A program made the translations under genes and the position numbers. A model generated the notes under the pieces. The model worked only from the letters and a program-made list of their open reading frames with translations. It was not told the DNA's origin and searched no databases. Positions 52,677-62,034 of a DNA stretch of 64,000 bases are shown piece by piece (positions within the stretch are counted from its first letter, which is position 1; each line of letters opens with the position of its first letter). Source of the DNA: Alphaproteobacteria bacterium (lineage in GTDB: Bacteria > Pseudomonadota > Alphaproteobacteria > Sphingomonadales > JAKSBY01); assembly GCA_021774625.1 (NCBI GenBank), contig JAJFIV010000031.1, forward strand, positions 64,180-128,179, read 5' to 3'.

Positions 52677-53564
52677 ATGACAATGATCCCTTTTGATGAT
52701 CGCGATGGCGTAATCTGGTATGATGGTAAAATGGTGGACTGGCGGGATGCCAAACTGCATGTGCTGTCGCATGCCCTGCATTACGCAAGCGCGGTTTTTG
52801 AGGGTCAGCGGTCTTACGGCGGCGAGATTTTCAAGCTGAACGAGCATACAGAACGCCTGCATGCGTCCGCCAATCTGCTGGATTTCAAAATTCCCTATTC
52901 CGTGGGGGAAATCAACAAGGCCGCCAATGAGGCAGTAGCCGCCAATAATCTGGTGGATGCCTATGTCCGGCCCATTGCCTGGCGGGGATCGGAACAAATG
53001 AGTGTCCCGGCCATGGGGGCCACGGTCCATGTCGCCATTGCCGCCTGGCAATGGCCTTCCTATTTCACCCGCGAAGCCCGCATGAAGGGCATCCGGATGA
53101 ATATCGCCAAATGGAAGCGGCCGTCGCCGGAAACCGCGCCGTCGAAATCCAAGGCGGTCGGACTTTACATGATCTGCACCCTGTCGAAGCATGACGCCAT
53201 GCGGGCGGATTATGACGATGCCCTGATGTTTGACTGGCGGGGACAGATTGCCGAAGCCACGGGCGCCAATATTTTCTTTGTCGATGGCCAGCAGATTCAC
53301 ACGCCGACGCCGGACTGTTTTCTGGATGGCATCACCCGGCGCACGGTCATTGATCTCGCAAAAAAACGCGGTTTCGAGATTGTCGAGCGGGCGATCATGC
53401 CGGACGAGATGGAAGGCTTTCAACAGGCTTTCCTGACCGGAACGGCGGCAGAGGTTACGCCGATCCGGGAAATCGGCGATTATAATTTCGAGGTTGGCAA
53501 AATCGCCAAACAGCTTGTCACTGACTATGATGATCTGGTCAACCGCCGGCAGGTCGGGGTCTGA
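52677..53564 (+). CDS. ilvE: Branched-chain amino acid aminotransferase
   Basis: IWYDGKMVDWRDAKLHVLSHALHYASAVFEGQRSY, with the class IV aminotransferase layout. The ORF track starts at 52632. Confidence 0.9.
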   Translation: MTMIPFDDRDGVIWYDGKMVDWRDAKLHVLSHALHYASAVFEGQRSYGGEIFKLNEHTERLHASANLLDFKIPYSVGEINKAANEAVAANNLVDAYVRPIAWRGSEQMSVPAMGATVHVAIAAWQWPSYFTREARMKGIRMNIAKWKRPSPETAPSKSKAVGLYMICTLSKHDAMRADYDDALMFDWRGQIAEATGANIFFVDGQQIHTPTPDCFLDGITRRTVIDLAKKRGFEIVERAIMPDEMEGFQQAFLTGTAAEVTPIREIGDYNFEVGKIAKQLVTDYDDLVNRRQVGV

Positions 53565-53611
53565 TCCTGTCGGGCGGCAATCCCTCCTACTATCAGCGGG
53601 TTTATGAACTG

Positions 53612-53941
53612 GTGCGGATGATCCCGCCGGGGCGGGTAGCGACCTATGGCGGCATTGCGCGGTATCTGGCGGGCGTCAATGCGCGGATGGTGGGCTATGC
53701 CATGGCGGCGACGCCGGATGGTTCCGGCATTCCGTGGCAGCGGGTCATCAATTCCAAAGGCGAGATTTCCCCGCGCCACAGTTCCGACGGTCATGACCGG
53801 CAACGGGCTTTTCTGGAACGGGAAGGGATCCCGTTCAGTAAGAATGGCCGTATTAATCTCAAAACCCATGGCTGGGACGGTCCGCCCATGGAATGGAGGA
53901 TCGAAAACTGCATCGGTCCGGAAACCCTGTTTGACAAATGA
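53612..53941 (+). CDS. MGMT-family alkyltransferase-like (ATL) protein, active-site Cys replaced by Trp
   Basis: IPPGRVATYGGIARYL and GIPWQRVIN (PWQRV in place of PCHRV). Conserved-looking sequence (YYQRVYELV) continues upstream of the first GTG/ATG, so the 5' end is uncertain. Confidence 0.7.
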   Translation: MRMIPPGRVATYGGIARYLAGVNARMVGYAMAATPDGSGIPWQRVINSKGEISPRHSSDGHDRQRAFLEREGIPFSKNGRINLKTHGWDGPPMEWRIENCIGPETLFDK

Positions 53942-54000
53942 GCCATAAACCAACAGTGTCGGGGAAATTTTTTCAAAACTGATTTGGGAGGATCCTTACA

Positions 54001-54750
54001 ATGTTCAGATATGCTGTACTGGCTGTTGCTGTGGTTGTTTTCGCGAACGAAACGGCCTCCGCCGAAGGGGAGGGCGTGATGGAGGGCTATCTCTATCGCG
54101 TGACGCTGTTGCAGGCGGCTCCCGGAGAATATCATGATCTGATTGCCTTATACCGCGAACAAAAGGAAACGGGCGCATGGGAGATGCGCGGTGAGCATCC
54201 GCCTCATTTGATCCGCCATTCTCAGGGCGACCATTGGGATTTTTTTCTGATGCAGCCCATTGGCAGTTATGAAGATTATTTCAGCGCGGAAAATATCGGC
54301 AGGCGGGCGGCGGGCGGCGAAGCGGCGTTCCGGGAAGCGCTGGATAAAATCATTATCTTTAAGGAAGACCTTTTTGCCTATGGGCCGTCGCGGGAAGTGG
54401 TGGCGAACGCGTTTGCCGAAAACCGTTTTTATCACATTGAAATGTTTGCCGCCCTGCCCGGCAAACACGCCGAACTGCTGCATGAGCGTCAGATTGAAAA
54501 TGACTATCTCAGGGCTATCGGCAATACGGAAAACCTCATCTGGATCGGGGACCAGGGTTCGGATGTGGATGTGTTTACCATCGGCTTTTATCCGTCGATC
54601 GTTGAATATGCGGCGCCGAACAGCGTAAGCGATGAGGAAGCCAACCGTCTGGCCGTTGAGGCCGGCTTTGAGGGCCGCGGCTATATCGGTTCCTACCTTC
54701 GGGAACTGCTGGCCTCGCATCATGACACACTGGCGGTGGCCATTGATTAA
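54001..54750 (+). CDS. Secreted hypothetical protein with internal tandem duplication (NIPSNAP/ABM-like halves, tentative)
   Basis: The signal peptide is MFRYAVLAVAVVVFANETASA. The halves align: YRVTLLQAAPGEYHDLIALYREQ with YHIEMFAALPGKHAELLHERQ. Confidence 0.5.
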   Translation: MFRYAVLAVAVVVFANETASAEGEGVMEGYLYRVTLLQAAPGEYHDLIALYREQKETGAWEMRGEHPPHLIRHSQGDHWDFFLMQPIGSYEDYFSAENIGRRAAGGEAAFREALDKIIIFKEDLFAYGPSREVVANAFAENRFYHIEMFAALPGKHAELLHERQIENDYLRAIGNTENLIWIGDQGSDVDVFTIGFYPSIVEYAAPNSVSDEEANRLAVEAGFEGRGYIGSYLRELLASHHDTLAVAID

Positions 54751-54867
54751 TTCAGGTTTCTGAGACTTCTCCTTTGAATCCGGCCAACAGTCTCTATATA
54801 ACAACCATCGCCGGTGCCGGATTGTATAGGCACTGGACGATAGCGTAATTCTAATAGGCTTTCCTGC

Positions 54868-55833
54868 ATGGCATATTTTGAAACCGCGGCCGGGCTGATT
54901 ATTCTTATTCTTGGCGGAGACTTTCTGGTCCGGGGCGCGGTGACCCTGGCTCAGCGGTTCAACATTTCCAAGCTGGTGATCGGCCTGACGATTGTGGCCT
55001 TTGGCACTTCGGCCCCGGAATTGATGGTTGGTGTGGAAGCCGTTCTGAAAGGAGCGCCGACCCTGGCTCTCGGCAATGTCGTCGGCAGCAATATCGCCAA
55101 TATTCTGCTGGTTGTCGGCCTCCCGGCACTGGTTGCCCCCATGGCGTGTACCGCCCCGCGCCTGACCCGCCATATGGTCATGATGGTGGGTTCCATTCTC
55201 CTATTAATTGCTTTTTCCTTTGCCGGCCCCATTACATTCTGGCACGGCGGAATCCTTTTCGCGCTGCTGGTAGGCTTTCTCATTTATTCGGGTTTTCGCT
55301 CCCGGCAGCATGATGCGGACCTGCCGGACCCGCTGACGGATTTCGATGCGGTGGACGCCAAACCCGGCACACCGCTGATGTCCAGCCTGCTGATCGTTGG
55401 CGGACTCATTGGTTTGGTTTTGGGCGCCAATCTTCTGGTGGACGGCTCTGTCACCATAGCCCGGTCCATGGGTATTTCCGAAGCGGTTATCGGCCTGACA
55501 CTGGTGGCGATTGGTACGTCTCTGCCAGAGTTGGCCACTAGTCTGGCGGCCGCGCTTCGCCGTCACTGTGACGTCGCGGTCGGGAATGTCATAGGCAGCA
55601 ATATTTTCAATACGTTGGGCATTGTCGGTGTTTCCTCTTTTTTCGGCGATATTCCCGTGCCCGAGGAATTTCTGCAATTTGATCTCTGGGTGATGCTGGT
55701 GGCTTCGCTTTCCATTATTCCCTTTGCCCTATTCAGGACCCGAATCGGACGTGCAAGCGGCGTAATTTTTATCGGGGCTTATCTTGTATATCTGGCTTTG
55801 CTGGCCCACGGCGCATCGGCAATGAGCCATTGA
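54868..55833 (+). CDS. Ca2+/Na+ antiporter (CaCA / YrbG family)
   Basis: The two alpha-repeats are GTSAPELMV..GNVVGSNIANILLVVG and GTSLPELATS..GNVIGSNIFNTLGIVG. Confidence 0.85.
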   Translation: MAYFETAAGLIILILGGDFLVRGAVTLAQRFNISKLVIGLTIVAFGTSAPELMVGVEAVLKGAPTLALGNVVGSNIANILLVVGLPALVAPMACTAPRLTRHMVMMVGSILLLIAFSFAGPITFWHGGILFALLVGFLIYSGFRSRQHDADLPDPLTDFDAVDAKPGTPLMSSLLIVGGLIGLVLGANLLVDGSVTIARSMGISEAVIGLTLVAIGTSLPELATSLAAALRRHCDVAVGNVIGSNIFNTLGIVGVSSFFGDIPVPEEFLQFDLWVMLVASLSIIPFALFRTRIGRASGVIFIGAYLVYLALLAHGASAMSH

Positions 55834-55854
55834 GCCATTGGCTTTCGGGGGCGG

Positions 55855-56649
55855 TCACACGGTCAGGACGCCCGCAATAACCTCGACGCAATGACCGGAA
55901 ATATGAATCCGGTCGCCATCGACGGTTAGCCACAGAGTGCCGCCGCGCTCGGACAATTGCCGCGCTTTCAGAGTTTTTATTCCAAGACCGTCCGACCAGT
56001 ATGGGCCTGAAACACAGTGCGCGGAACCGGTCACCGGATCTTCGTCAATACCATAGGCCGGGAAAAAACAGCGGGAAATGAAATCGCAGTCCTCACCGGG
56101 GGCGCTGGCGATATAACCGTAAAGACCAAGATGGGAGAGATCGGGAAAGTCGGGTTCCAGCTCAAGCACATCGCTTTGCTCGGGATAGATTAACAGAAAG
56201 TCCCGCTCGCCCTTTAAAACTTTTGCCGGCGCTTTGCCCATGGCCTGGGCCAGGCCCTTGGGCGCCTCCACCGCTTCCGGCTTGCGGCCCGGAAAATCCA
56301 TTGTAAAACGCTCGCCGTCACGGGCAACAGACAGCAGTCCGGACTGACTTTGAAAGAGGATTTTTTTCTTCCGTTTCCGGTAATGGCTTAAAATTACGCT
56401 GCCCGCGGCAAGCGTTGCATGACCACATAAATCCACTTCCACCAAAGGCGTGAACCAGCGGAGTTCATAATCGAAATCCGCGTCTTTCGCCGCCTTCACA
56501 AAAAAGGCCGTTTCCGACAGATTATTTTCTGCTGCGATGGCCTGAAGGGTTTCAGCGGGCAGCCATGCGTCAAGCGGGCACACGGCGGCGGGATTGCCGC
56601 CAAAAGGCGCATCGGAAAATGCGTCCAGCTGATAAAAGGGAATCTCCAT
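55855..56649 (-). CDS. PhzF-family isomerase
   Basis: MEIPFYQLDAFSDAPFGGNPAAVC, ..NLSETAFF.., DPVTGSAH. Confidence 0.85.
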   Translation of the reverse strand: MEIPFYQLDAFSDAPFGGNPAAVCPLDAWLPAETLQAIAAENNLSETAFFVKAAKDADFDYELRWFTPLVEVDLCGHATLAAGSVILSHYRKRKKKILFQSQSGLLSVARDGERFTMDFPGRKPEAVEAPKGLAQAMGKAPAKVLKGERDFLLIYPEQSDVLELEPDFPDLSHLGLYGYIASAPGEDCDFISRCFFPAYGIDEDPVTGSAHCVSGPYWSDGLGIKTLKARQLSERGGTLWLTVDGDRIHISGHCVEVIAGVLTV

Positions 56650-56711
56650 AGAACCCTCGCCTGATACCGTCCCTTTATAGCCTGAAAATCCTTAGAAAGT
56701 TCCAATAATAT

Positions 56712-57062
56712 CTAAAATTGATTAGAAATCCGGTCTGTTACGGTCTTGCTGAAACCAACCATAAATTCATCCTTCAGTGCAAAAACCGGACGTTTGATCA
56801 AAGTGGGATGGGCCATGATCAAGTCCATTGCCTTTTCAGCGGTCATATCCGTCCTGTCGCTGCCGGACAAAGCCCGCCAGGTCGTGCTGCGGCGGTTCAA
56901 AAGCTGTTGCCAACCCAGGGCGTTCATCCAATCCTGCAGTTGCCCACGGTCCAGTCCGTCTTCGCGCAAATCGTGAAATTGATGGGCGATATTTCTTTCT
57001 TCCAGCCATTTCCGTGCCTTCCGGCAGGCATCACAATTTTTGATGCCAAAGAGGGTGATCAT
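56712..57062 (-). CDS. ArsC/Spx/MgsR-family protein (YffB-like)
   Basis: MITLFGIKNCDACRKARKWLEE, 116 aa. Confidence 0.8.
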   Translation of the reverse strand: MITLFGIKNCDACRKARKWLEERNIAHQFHDLREDGLDRGQLQDWMNALGWQQLLNRRSTTWRALSGSDRTDMTAEKAMDLIMAHPTLIKRPVFALKDEFMVGFSKTVTDRISNQF

Positions 57063-57150
57063 ATTTTTTGTCCCGGTTGAGATCAGTTGTCGACAGGCGG
57101 CGTTCTATTTTGCATGCTTATACAGTAATTCAGACAGGGAGAAAATTGCT

Positions 57151-58500
57151 ATGGCGCGGACATTTGATTTGGTGGTTATGGGTGCCGGCAATGCCGGCAT
57201 GGGCGCAGCCGGGGTTGCCAAAGCGGCCGGAAAGTCCGTTGCTGTGATCGAATCATGGGAAGTCGGCGGAACCTGTCCGCTCAGGGGCTGTGTGCCAAAA
57301 AAGGTAATGGTGGCGGCCGCGCAGGTGCTCGACCAGATTGCCAAGGCCGGACAGCATCATATCAGTGTGGACAAACCTTCTCTCGACTGGCCCAAACTGA
57401 TTGAACGTGTCCAGGGTTTTGTCGACGGTGTTCCAGACTCTTTCAGGGAAAGTCTCGATAAAAGGGGGATTGAACTGATCAAGGGCGAGGCGCGTTTTTC
57501 CGGCCCCGATACTGTTTCCGTTAACGGTGAGGAATTGCAGGCGAAAAAGATTGTGATTGCGACCGGTTCGCGACCCCGGCCGCTTGACCTTGAGGGCGCG
57601 GAACATCTGATCACCAGTGATGATATTCTGACGCTCCCCCGATTACCGGAAAGCATTATCTTTATCGGCGGTGGTGTGATCGCGCTGGAATTCTCCCATG
57701 TTTTTGCCCGGGCAGGGGCGGATGTTACGATTTTGGAAGCTATGCCCCGCTTGCTGTCCCGCATGGACCAGGACGCCGTTTCCGTCTTGCGGAAAGAGAC
57801 CGAACGGATCGGGGTTTCCGTCCATACAGACGTTGAGGTCGGAAAAATCACCAGGAAGGACGGATCGCTGATTGTTGAAGCCCGGGTTGATGGCCAGGAT
57901 AAAACGTTCCGCGCCGACGTGATTGCAAATGGCGCGGGACGAATCCCCAATGTGGATCAACTCGACCTCGCGGCCGGTAACATCGATCATGAAGGGCTGC
58001 GGATCAGCGTCGATGAGCATATGCGGAGTGTTTCCAATCCTGACGTGTTCATTACCGGCGATGCTTTGGCAATCTCGCCCCAGCTTTCGCCAGTCGCCAC
58101 ATATGAAGGCCGGCGGGTCGGGGAAATGATTGTCAGCGGCGAGTTGACAAAAGCTGATTATTCCCCGATTCCCGCCAATATTTACACGGTCCCGGCGCTG
58201 GCCAGCGTGGGTCTGACGGAACAGGAAGCCAGGGATCAGGGCCTTGATTTCGATGTCAAAGCCAATGACATGACGGACTGGCGGTCGGCAAAAACCTATG
58301 CCGAGTACGCAGCCTATGCCAAGGTTCTGATTGAAAAGGAAAGCGGAAAAATTCTTGGTGCGCACATGGTCGGGCACGGTGGGGAGGAAACCATCCATCT
58401 TTTCGCACTGGCTATTAAATACGGGCTTTCCGCGGGCGAACTCTCATCAAATGTCTTTGGCTATCCGACCTTTTCATCGGACATTAAATATTTACTCTGA
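57151..58500 (+). CDS. FAD/NAD(P)-dependent pyridine nucleotide-disulfide oxidoreductase (glutathione reductase / lipoamide dehydrogenase fold)
   Basis: DLVVMGAGNAGMGAA and the redox disulfide GGTCPLRGCVPKK. The C-terminal interface domain ends ..FGYPTFSSDIKYLL. The ORF track starts at 57040, which overlaps the divergent gene. Confidence 0.8.
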   Translation: MARTFDLVVMGAGNAGMGAAGVAKAAGKSVAVIESWEVGGTCPLRGCVPKKVMVAAAQVLDQIAKAGQHHISVDKPSLDWPKLIERVQGFVDGVPDSFRESLDKRGIELIKGEARFSGPDTVSVNGEELQAKKIVIATGSRPRPLDLEGAEHLITSDDILTLPRLPESIIFIGGGVIALEFSHVFARAGADVTILEAMPRLLSRMDQDAVSVLRKETERIGVSVHTDVEVGKITRKDGSLIVEARVDGQDKTFRADVIANGAGRIPNVDQLDLAAGNIDHEGLRISVDEHMRSVSNPDVFITGDALAISPQLSPVATYEGRRVGEMIVSGELTKADYSPIPANIYTVPALASVGLTEQEARDQGLDFDVKANDMTDWRSAKTYAEYAAYAKVLIEKESGKILGAHMVGHGGEETIHLFALAIKYGLSAGELSSNVFGYPTFSSDIKYLL

Positions 58501-58511
58501 CGGCTCCGGGA

Positions 58512-59432
58512 TTATTCCAGTTCCTTGATGATATCGTGGGGCTCCTCGACACCCAGCGGGTCTTTATGAATAAATATTTCCGCGCCCGGGAAAGCTTCAC
58601 CGACGGTCGCTTCAATCTCGTCGCCGATCATATGGGCTTTGCGTAAGGGGAGGTCCGGCTGCAATTCGATATGCATCTGAATGAAGCTATCGGTCCCGCT
58701 TTTCCGGGTTCTGAGATCATGCAGGCCCATCACATCGGGGTTTCCCAGCACCAGATTGAAAATTTTCTCACGGTCCTCTTTTGAAAATTCCCGATCCATC
58801 AGCATATCGAAGGAGGTGCGGCCAACCTGATAGGCGGCCCGGCCGATATAAAGCGCGATGCTGATGCCGAAAATGCTGTCCACCCACCAATATCCCGACA
58901 GATGAGTGATGATAAACGCGGCGATGACTGCCGCATTCATCAAGAGATCGCCTGTATAATGCAGACTGTCGGCGGAGATGGCGACGGACCCTGTGCGGTT
59001 CACCACGGCTTTTTGAAAAATCACCAGAGCCAGCGTCAGTATAATCGCCAGAATGGAAACCCCGATACCGATCTGGCTGTTGGTGACGGGTTCCGGTACG
59101 GCCAGCCTTTTTACGGATTCCAGGGCAAGGAAGGCGGCAGACCCGAAGATCACAGCACCCTGAAAAAGCCCGGCGATTGCTTCCGCCTTGCCGTGCCCGA
59201 ACCGGTGTTCCTTGTCGGCAGGTTCCAGCGCCATCTTCACGGCGAGAAAATTGATAAAAGAAGTGGCGAGATCAAGGCCCGAATCCACAAGCGATCCTAA
59301 AAGCGCCACCGAATCCGTCATGACCCAGGCTACCAGTTTGGCAACAACCAGAATGGCGGCAACGGCAATGGATGCCTTGGCAGCCATATTCATAAGGAGG
59401 GCGGATTGTTGCTTTTTCATTATTCCGTTCAC
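58512..59432 (-). CDS. Cation diffusion facilitator (CDF) metal efflux transporter
   Basis: Six TM, with the block DSLHYTGDLLMN and the C-terminal cytoplasmic domain ..VMGLHDLRTRKSGTDSFIQMHIEL... The GTG start abuts the pdxH stop. An alternative ATG lies at 59420. Confidence 0.85.
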   Translation of the reverse strand: MNGIMKKQQSALLMNMAAKASIAVAAILVVAKLVAWVMTDSVALLGSLVDSGLDLATSFINFLAVKMALEPADKEHRFGHGKAEAIAGLFQGAVIFGSAAFLALESVKRLAVPEPVTNSQIGIGVSILAIILTLALVIFQKAVVNRTGSVAISADSLHYTGDLLMNAAVIAAFIITHLSGYWWVDSIFGISIALYIGRAAYQVGRTSFDMLMDREFSKEDREKIFNLVLGNPDVMGLHDLRTRKSGTDSFIQMHIELQPDLPLRKAHMIGDEIEATVGEAFPGAEIFIHKDPLGVEEPHDIIKELE

Positions 59433-60023
59433 CTACGGATATAACATGCGGACGGTCCAGCCTGAACCATCCCGGATGAATTGTTCCCGCTCATGCAGGC
59501 GGAATTTTTTATTGGTCCAGAATTCCATGACCTGCGGCTTGATGCGAAAACCCGACCAGCGGGGTGGGCGGGGGATTTTACCCACCGCATATTTTGCCGC
59601 AATTTTTGCTATTGCCGCCTCAAATGTGAGCCGGCCTTCCATCGGCCTGGATTGCTGGGACGCCCAGGCGCCGATCTGACTGTCCCTTGGGCGGGTGGAA
59701 AAATAGGCGTCGGCTTCCACGCCCGTTACTTTTTCTACAGACCCTTCGATGCGGATCTGGCGTCTCAGGCTTTTCCAGTGAAACAGCATGGCGGCATGGG
59801 CGTTGCTCTCCAGTTCCCCGCCTTTGCGGCTGTCATAATTGGTGTAAAAAACGAACCCGTCTTGCCCCCAGTCTTTCAACAGCACCATCCGCACGCTGGG
59901 ACAGCCATCTGGAGTGGCCGTTGCCAGAGCGAAGGCGTTATGGTCATCAGGTTCTGACTTTTCGGCTTTTTCAAACCAATTGCCAAAGCGGTCAAACGGG
60001 ATATGATTTTCTGCTGTTTTCAT
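59433..60023 (-). CDS. pdxH: Pyridoxamine 5'-phosphate oxidase
   Basis: 196 aa from MKTAENH, with blocks PSVRMVLLK, FYTNYDSRKG, IRIEG and RPPRWSGFRIKP..EFW. The ORF track's upstream extension to 60353 looks spurious. Confidence 0.9.
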   Translation of the reverse strand: MKTAENHIPFDRFGNWFEKAEKSEPDDHNAFALATATPDGCPSVRMVLLKDWGQDGFVFYTNYDSRKGGELESNAHAAMLFHWKSLRRQIRIEGSVEKVTGVEADAYFSTRPRDSQIGAWASQQSRPMEGRLTFEAAIAKIAAKYAVGKIPRPPRWSGFRIKPQVMEFWTNKKFRLHEREQFIRDGSGWTVRMLYP

Positions 60024-60089
60024 TTGGCTTCTTACGTTAGAATTCTGCCAAACTAACGCAGCTTCTACGAAAAGGAAATCAGGTAAACC

Positions 60090-60563
60090 ATGAATTTTCG
60101 GCAAATAACTGCAATTCTGTTTGCCCCGCTGTTTCTGGGCGCGTGCGAGAGCAAGCAGGATGCCGGTATGATTCTGGGCGCCATCGGCGGCGCGGTTGTC
60201 GGCAATGCAATTGGCGGCGAAGGGGCCGGCGAAGTCGCAGCCATTGCCATCGGAACGCTTGCCGGTGCCTATATCGGCAGCGAAATCGGCAAATCCCTTG
60301 ACCGGGCCGACCGGGCAGCTATGGAGCGGACGACCCAGCAAAGCCTGGAACATTCGCCAAGCGGCTCGAGATCAAGCTGGGTCAATCCGGATTCCGGCAA
60401 TGCAGGCACGGTGACGCCTACCAATACTTATCAAAAGGATGACGGACAATATTGCAGGGAATATCAGCAGACCGTCACGGTCGGCGGCAAAGAGGAAGAG
60501 GCTTACGGCACCGCCTGCCGCCAGCCGGACGGCAGCTGGAAAATTGTCGGCAACCGTAAATAA
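60090..60563 (+). CDS. Glycine-zipper / 17-kDa surface-antigen-like lipoprotein (paralogue of 10319-10819)
   Basis: The lipobox is PLFLGAC with a Gly-zipper. The C-domain GKSLDRADR...YCREYQQTVTVGGKEEEAYGTACRQPDGSWKIV is collinear with the other copy. Confidence 0.7.
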   Translation: MNFRQITAILFAPLFLGACESKQDAGMILGAIGGAVVGNAIGGEGAGEVAAIAIGTLAGAYIGSEIGKSLDRADRAAMERTTQQSLEHSPSGSRSSWVNPDSGNAGTVTPTNTYQKDDGQYCREYQQTVTVGGKEEEAYGTACRQPDGSWKIVGNRK

Positions 60564-60637
60564 ACCGGTTTCTCCGCAAATTATGTTTTTGCCCGTTATT
60601 TTAGACAATCATTACGGATCATAGGTTAAACAGGTAT

Positions 60638-61561
60638 ATGCGTGATTTGTACGATATACTGGGTGTAAAAAAAGGCGCAGGCGAGGCCGAGATCAAAAAG
60701 GCCTATCGCGGGCTTGCCAAAAAATACCACCCGGACGCCAATCAGGATAATGCCAGGGCGGCGGAACGCTTCAAGGAAGTGTCTGCCGCCTACGCCATAT
60801 TGGGCGACAAGAAACGGCGCGCCAAATATGATTCCGGCGAAATTGACGCCACCGGCGCGGAGCGCAATCCGTTTGCCGGGGCCAATGCCGGCGCGGGCGG
60901 TGGTTATCAGGGATTTGAGGATATGTTCCGGGGTGCGCGCGGCCAGGGCAGTGGACAGGGCGCACAATTCGACGGCAGCGCCGAAGATATTTTTTCCGAC
61001 CTGTTCGGTTTTGGCAAGGCGAAGCGCCAGCCGCGGCAGGGCCCGAAAGGTCAGGATGTCACCTATACCATTACCGTCGGTTTTATCGATGCGGTGCAGG
61101 GAACAACCAAGCGTGTCAGCCTGCAAAATGGCAAGACCCTGGATGTCAAAATTCCCGAAGGGGTGAAGGAGGGCCAGCAGATCCGGCTTTCCGGCCAGGG
61201 GGGTGACGGTCATTTTGGCGGCCCAAAAGGCGATGCCTTGGTGAAAATCAAGATTGCGCCGCATCCTTATTTTACCCGGGACGGCGATGATATTCTGCTT
61301 GATCTTCCCATCACCATTGATGAAGCGGTTTTGGGCGCGAAAATCGAGGTGCCGACCATTGATAGAAAGGTGACTCTCTCGATTCCCAAAGGCTCGTCCA
61401 GCGGCAAGCGTCTCAGGCTGAAAGGCAAGGGGATCAAGGGCAATGGCGATCAGTATGTGACGCTCAAGATTGTTCTGCCCGACAAACCTGACGCCGATCT
61501 CGAAAAAGCCATAGCAGACTGGCGGAAGGACCACAGCTATTCCGTTCGCAGCAAATTCTAG
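60638..61561 (+). CDS. DnaJ-class co-chaperone without zinc finger (CbpA-like)
   Basis: The J domain is [34 protein letters not shown] Gly-rich linker and the C-terminal substrate-binding repeats follow, and no CxxCxGxG is present. Confidence 0.85.
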   Translation: MRDLYDILGVKKGAGEAEIKKAYRGLAKKYHPDANQDNARAAERFKEVSAAYAILGDKKRRAKYDSGEIDATGAERNPFAGANAGAGGGYQGFEDMFRGARGQGSGQGAQFDGSAEDIFSDLFGFGKAKRQPRQGPKGQDVTYTITVGFIDAVQGTTKRVSLQNGKTLDVKIPEGVKEGQQIRLSGQGGDGHFGGPKGDALVKIKIAPHPYFTRDGDDILLDLPITIDEAVLGAKIEVPTIDRKVTLSIPKGSSSGKRLRLKGKGIKGNGDQYVTLKIVLPDKPDADLEKAIADWRKDHSYSVRSKF

Positions 61562-61747
61562 AAATTTAATAGATCCTCAGTATAATAGTTCAAAGTATAG
61601 AATTGCCACTCCTGATGGTGATTTTTTATTATTGCTGTTTTTTAATAAATTTTCTTTAATCATCGGCATCCCAAATACGAGTGCAATTTTTGCTCCGCCC
61701 TGTCCGCTTGAGAAGTGGGCGGTGAGAACGGAGCAGTATAATGGTAG

Positions 61748-61963
61748 CAAACGGCGGCAACGGGCGAAATTTCCGGGAGTGCGCAGCAGGCGGCGGCCCA
61801 TGCCGAAAATATATCGGCAAAAATCGGCGAACTGTCACAGGGAACCGATCAGGCGGGCGCGGCGGCCACCGACGTAAAATCGGCTTCCGGTGAACTGGCA
61901 AGACTGGCGGAAACGTTCCGGTCGGATGTTGGTAATTTCCTGCAGGAAATCAAAGCGGCGTAA
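61748..61963 (+). pseudogene. Orphan C-terminal fragment of a methyl-accepting chemotaxis protein (no start codon)
   Basis: A 71-codon open frame lies between TAG (61745) and TAA (61961). It reads QTAATGEISGSAQQAAAHAENISAKIGELSQGTDQAGAAATDVKSASGELARLAETFRSDVGNFLQEIKAA, which resembles an MCP signalling-domain tail. The frame contains no ATG, GTG or TTG. Confidence 0.45.
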
Positions 61964-62034
61964 CACACCTCTTGCAAGGGGGCGAAAATATCGCTTCAAT
62001 CGTCATCCGATAATCAACGGGATGACGATTATTC

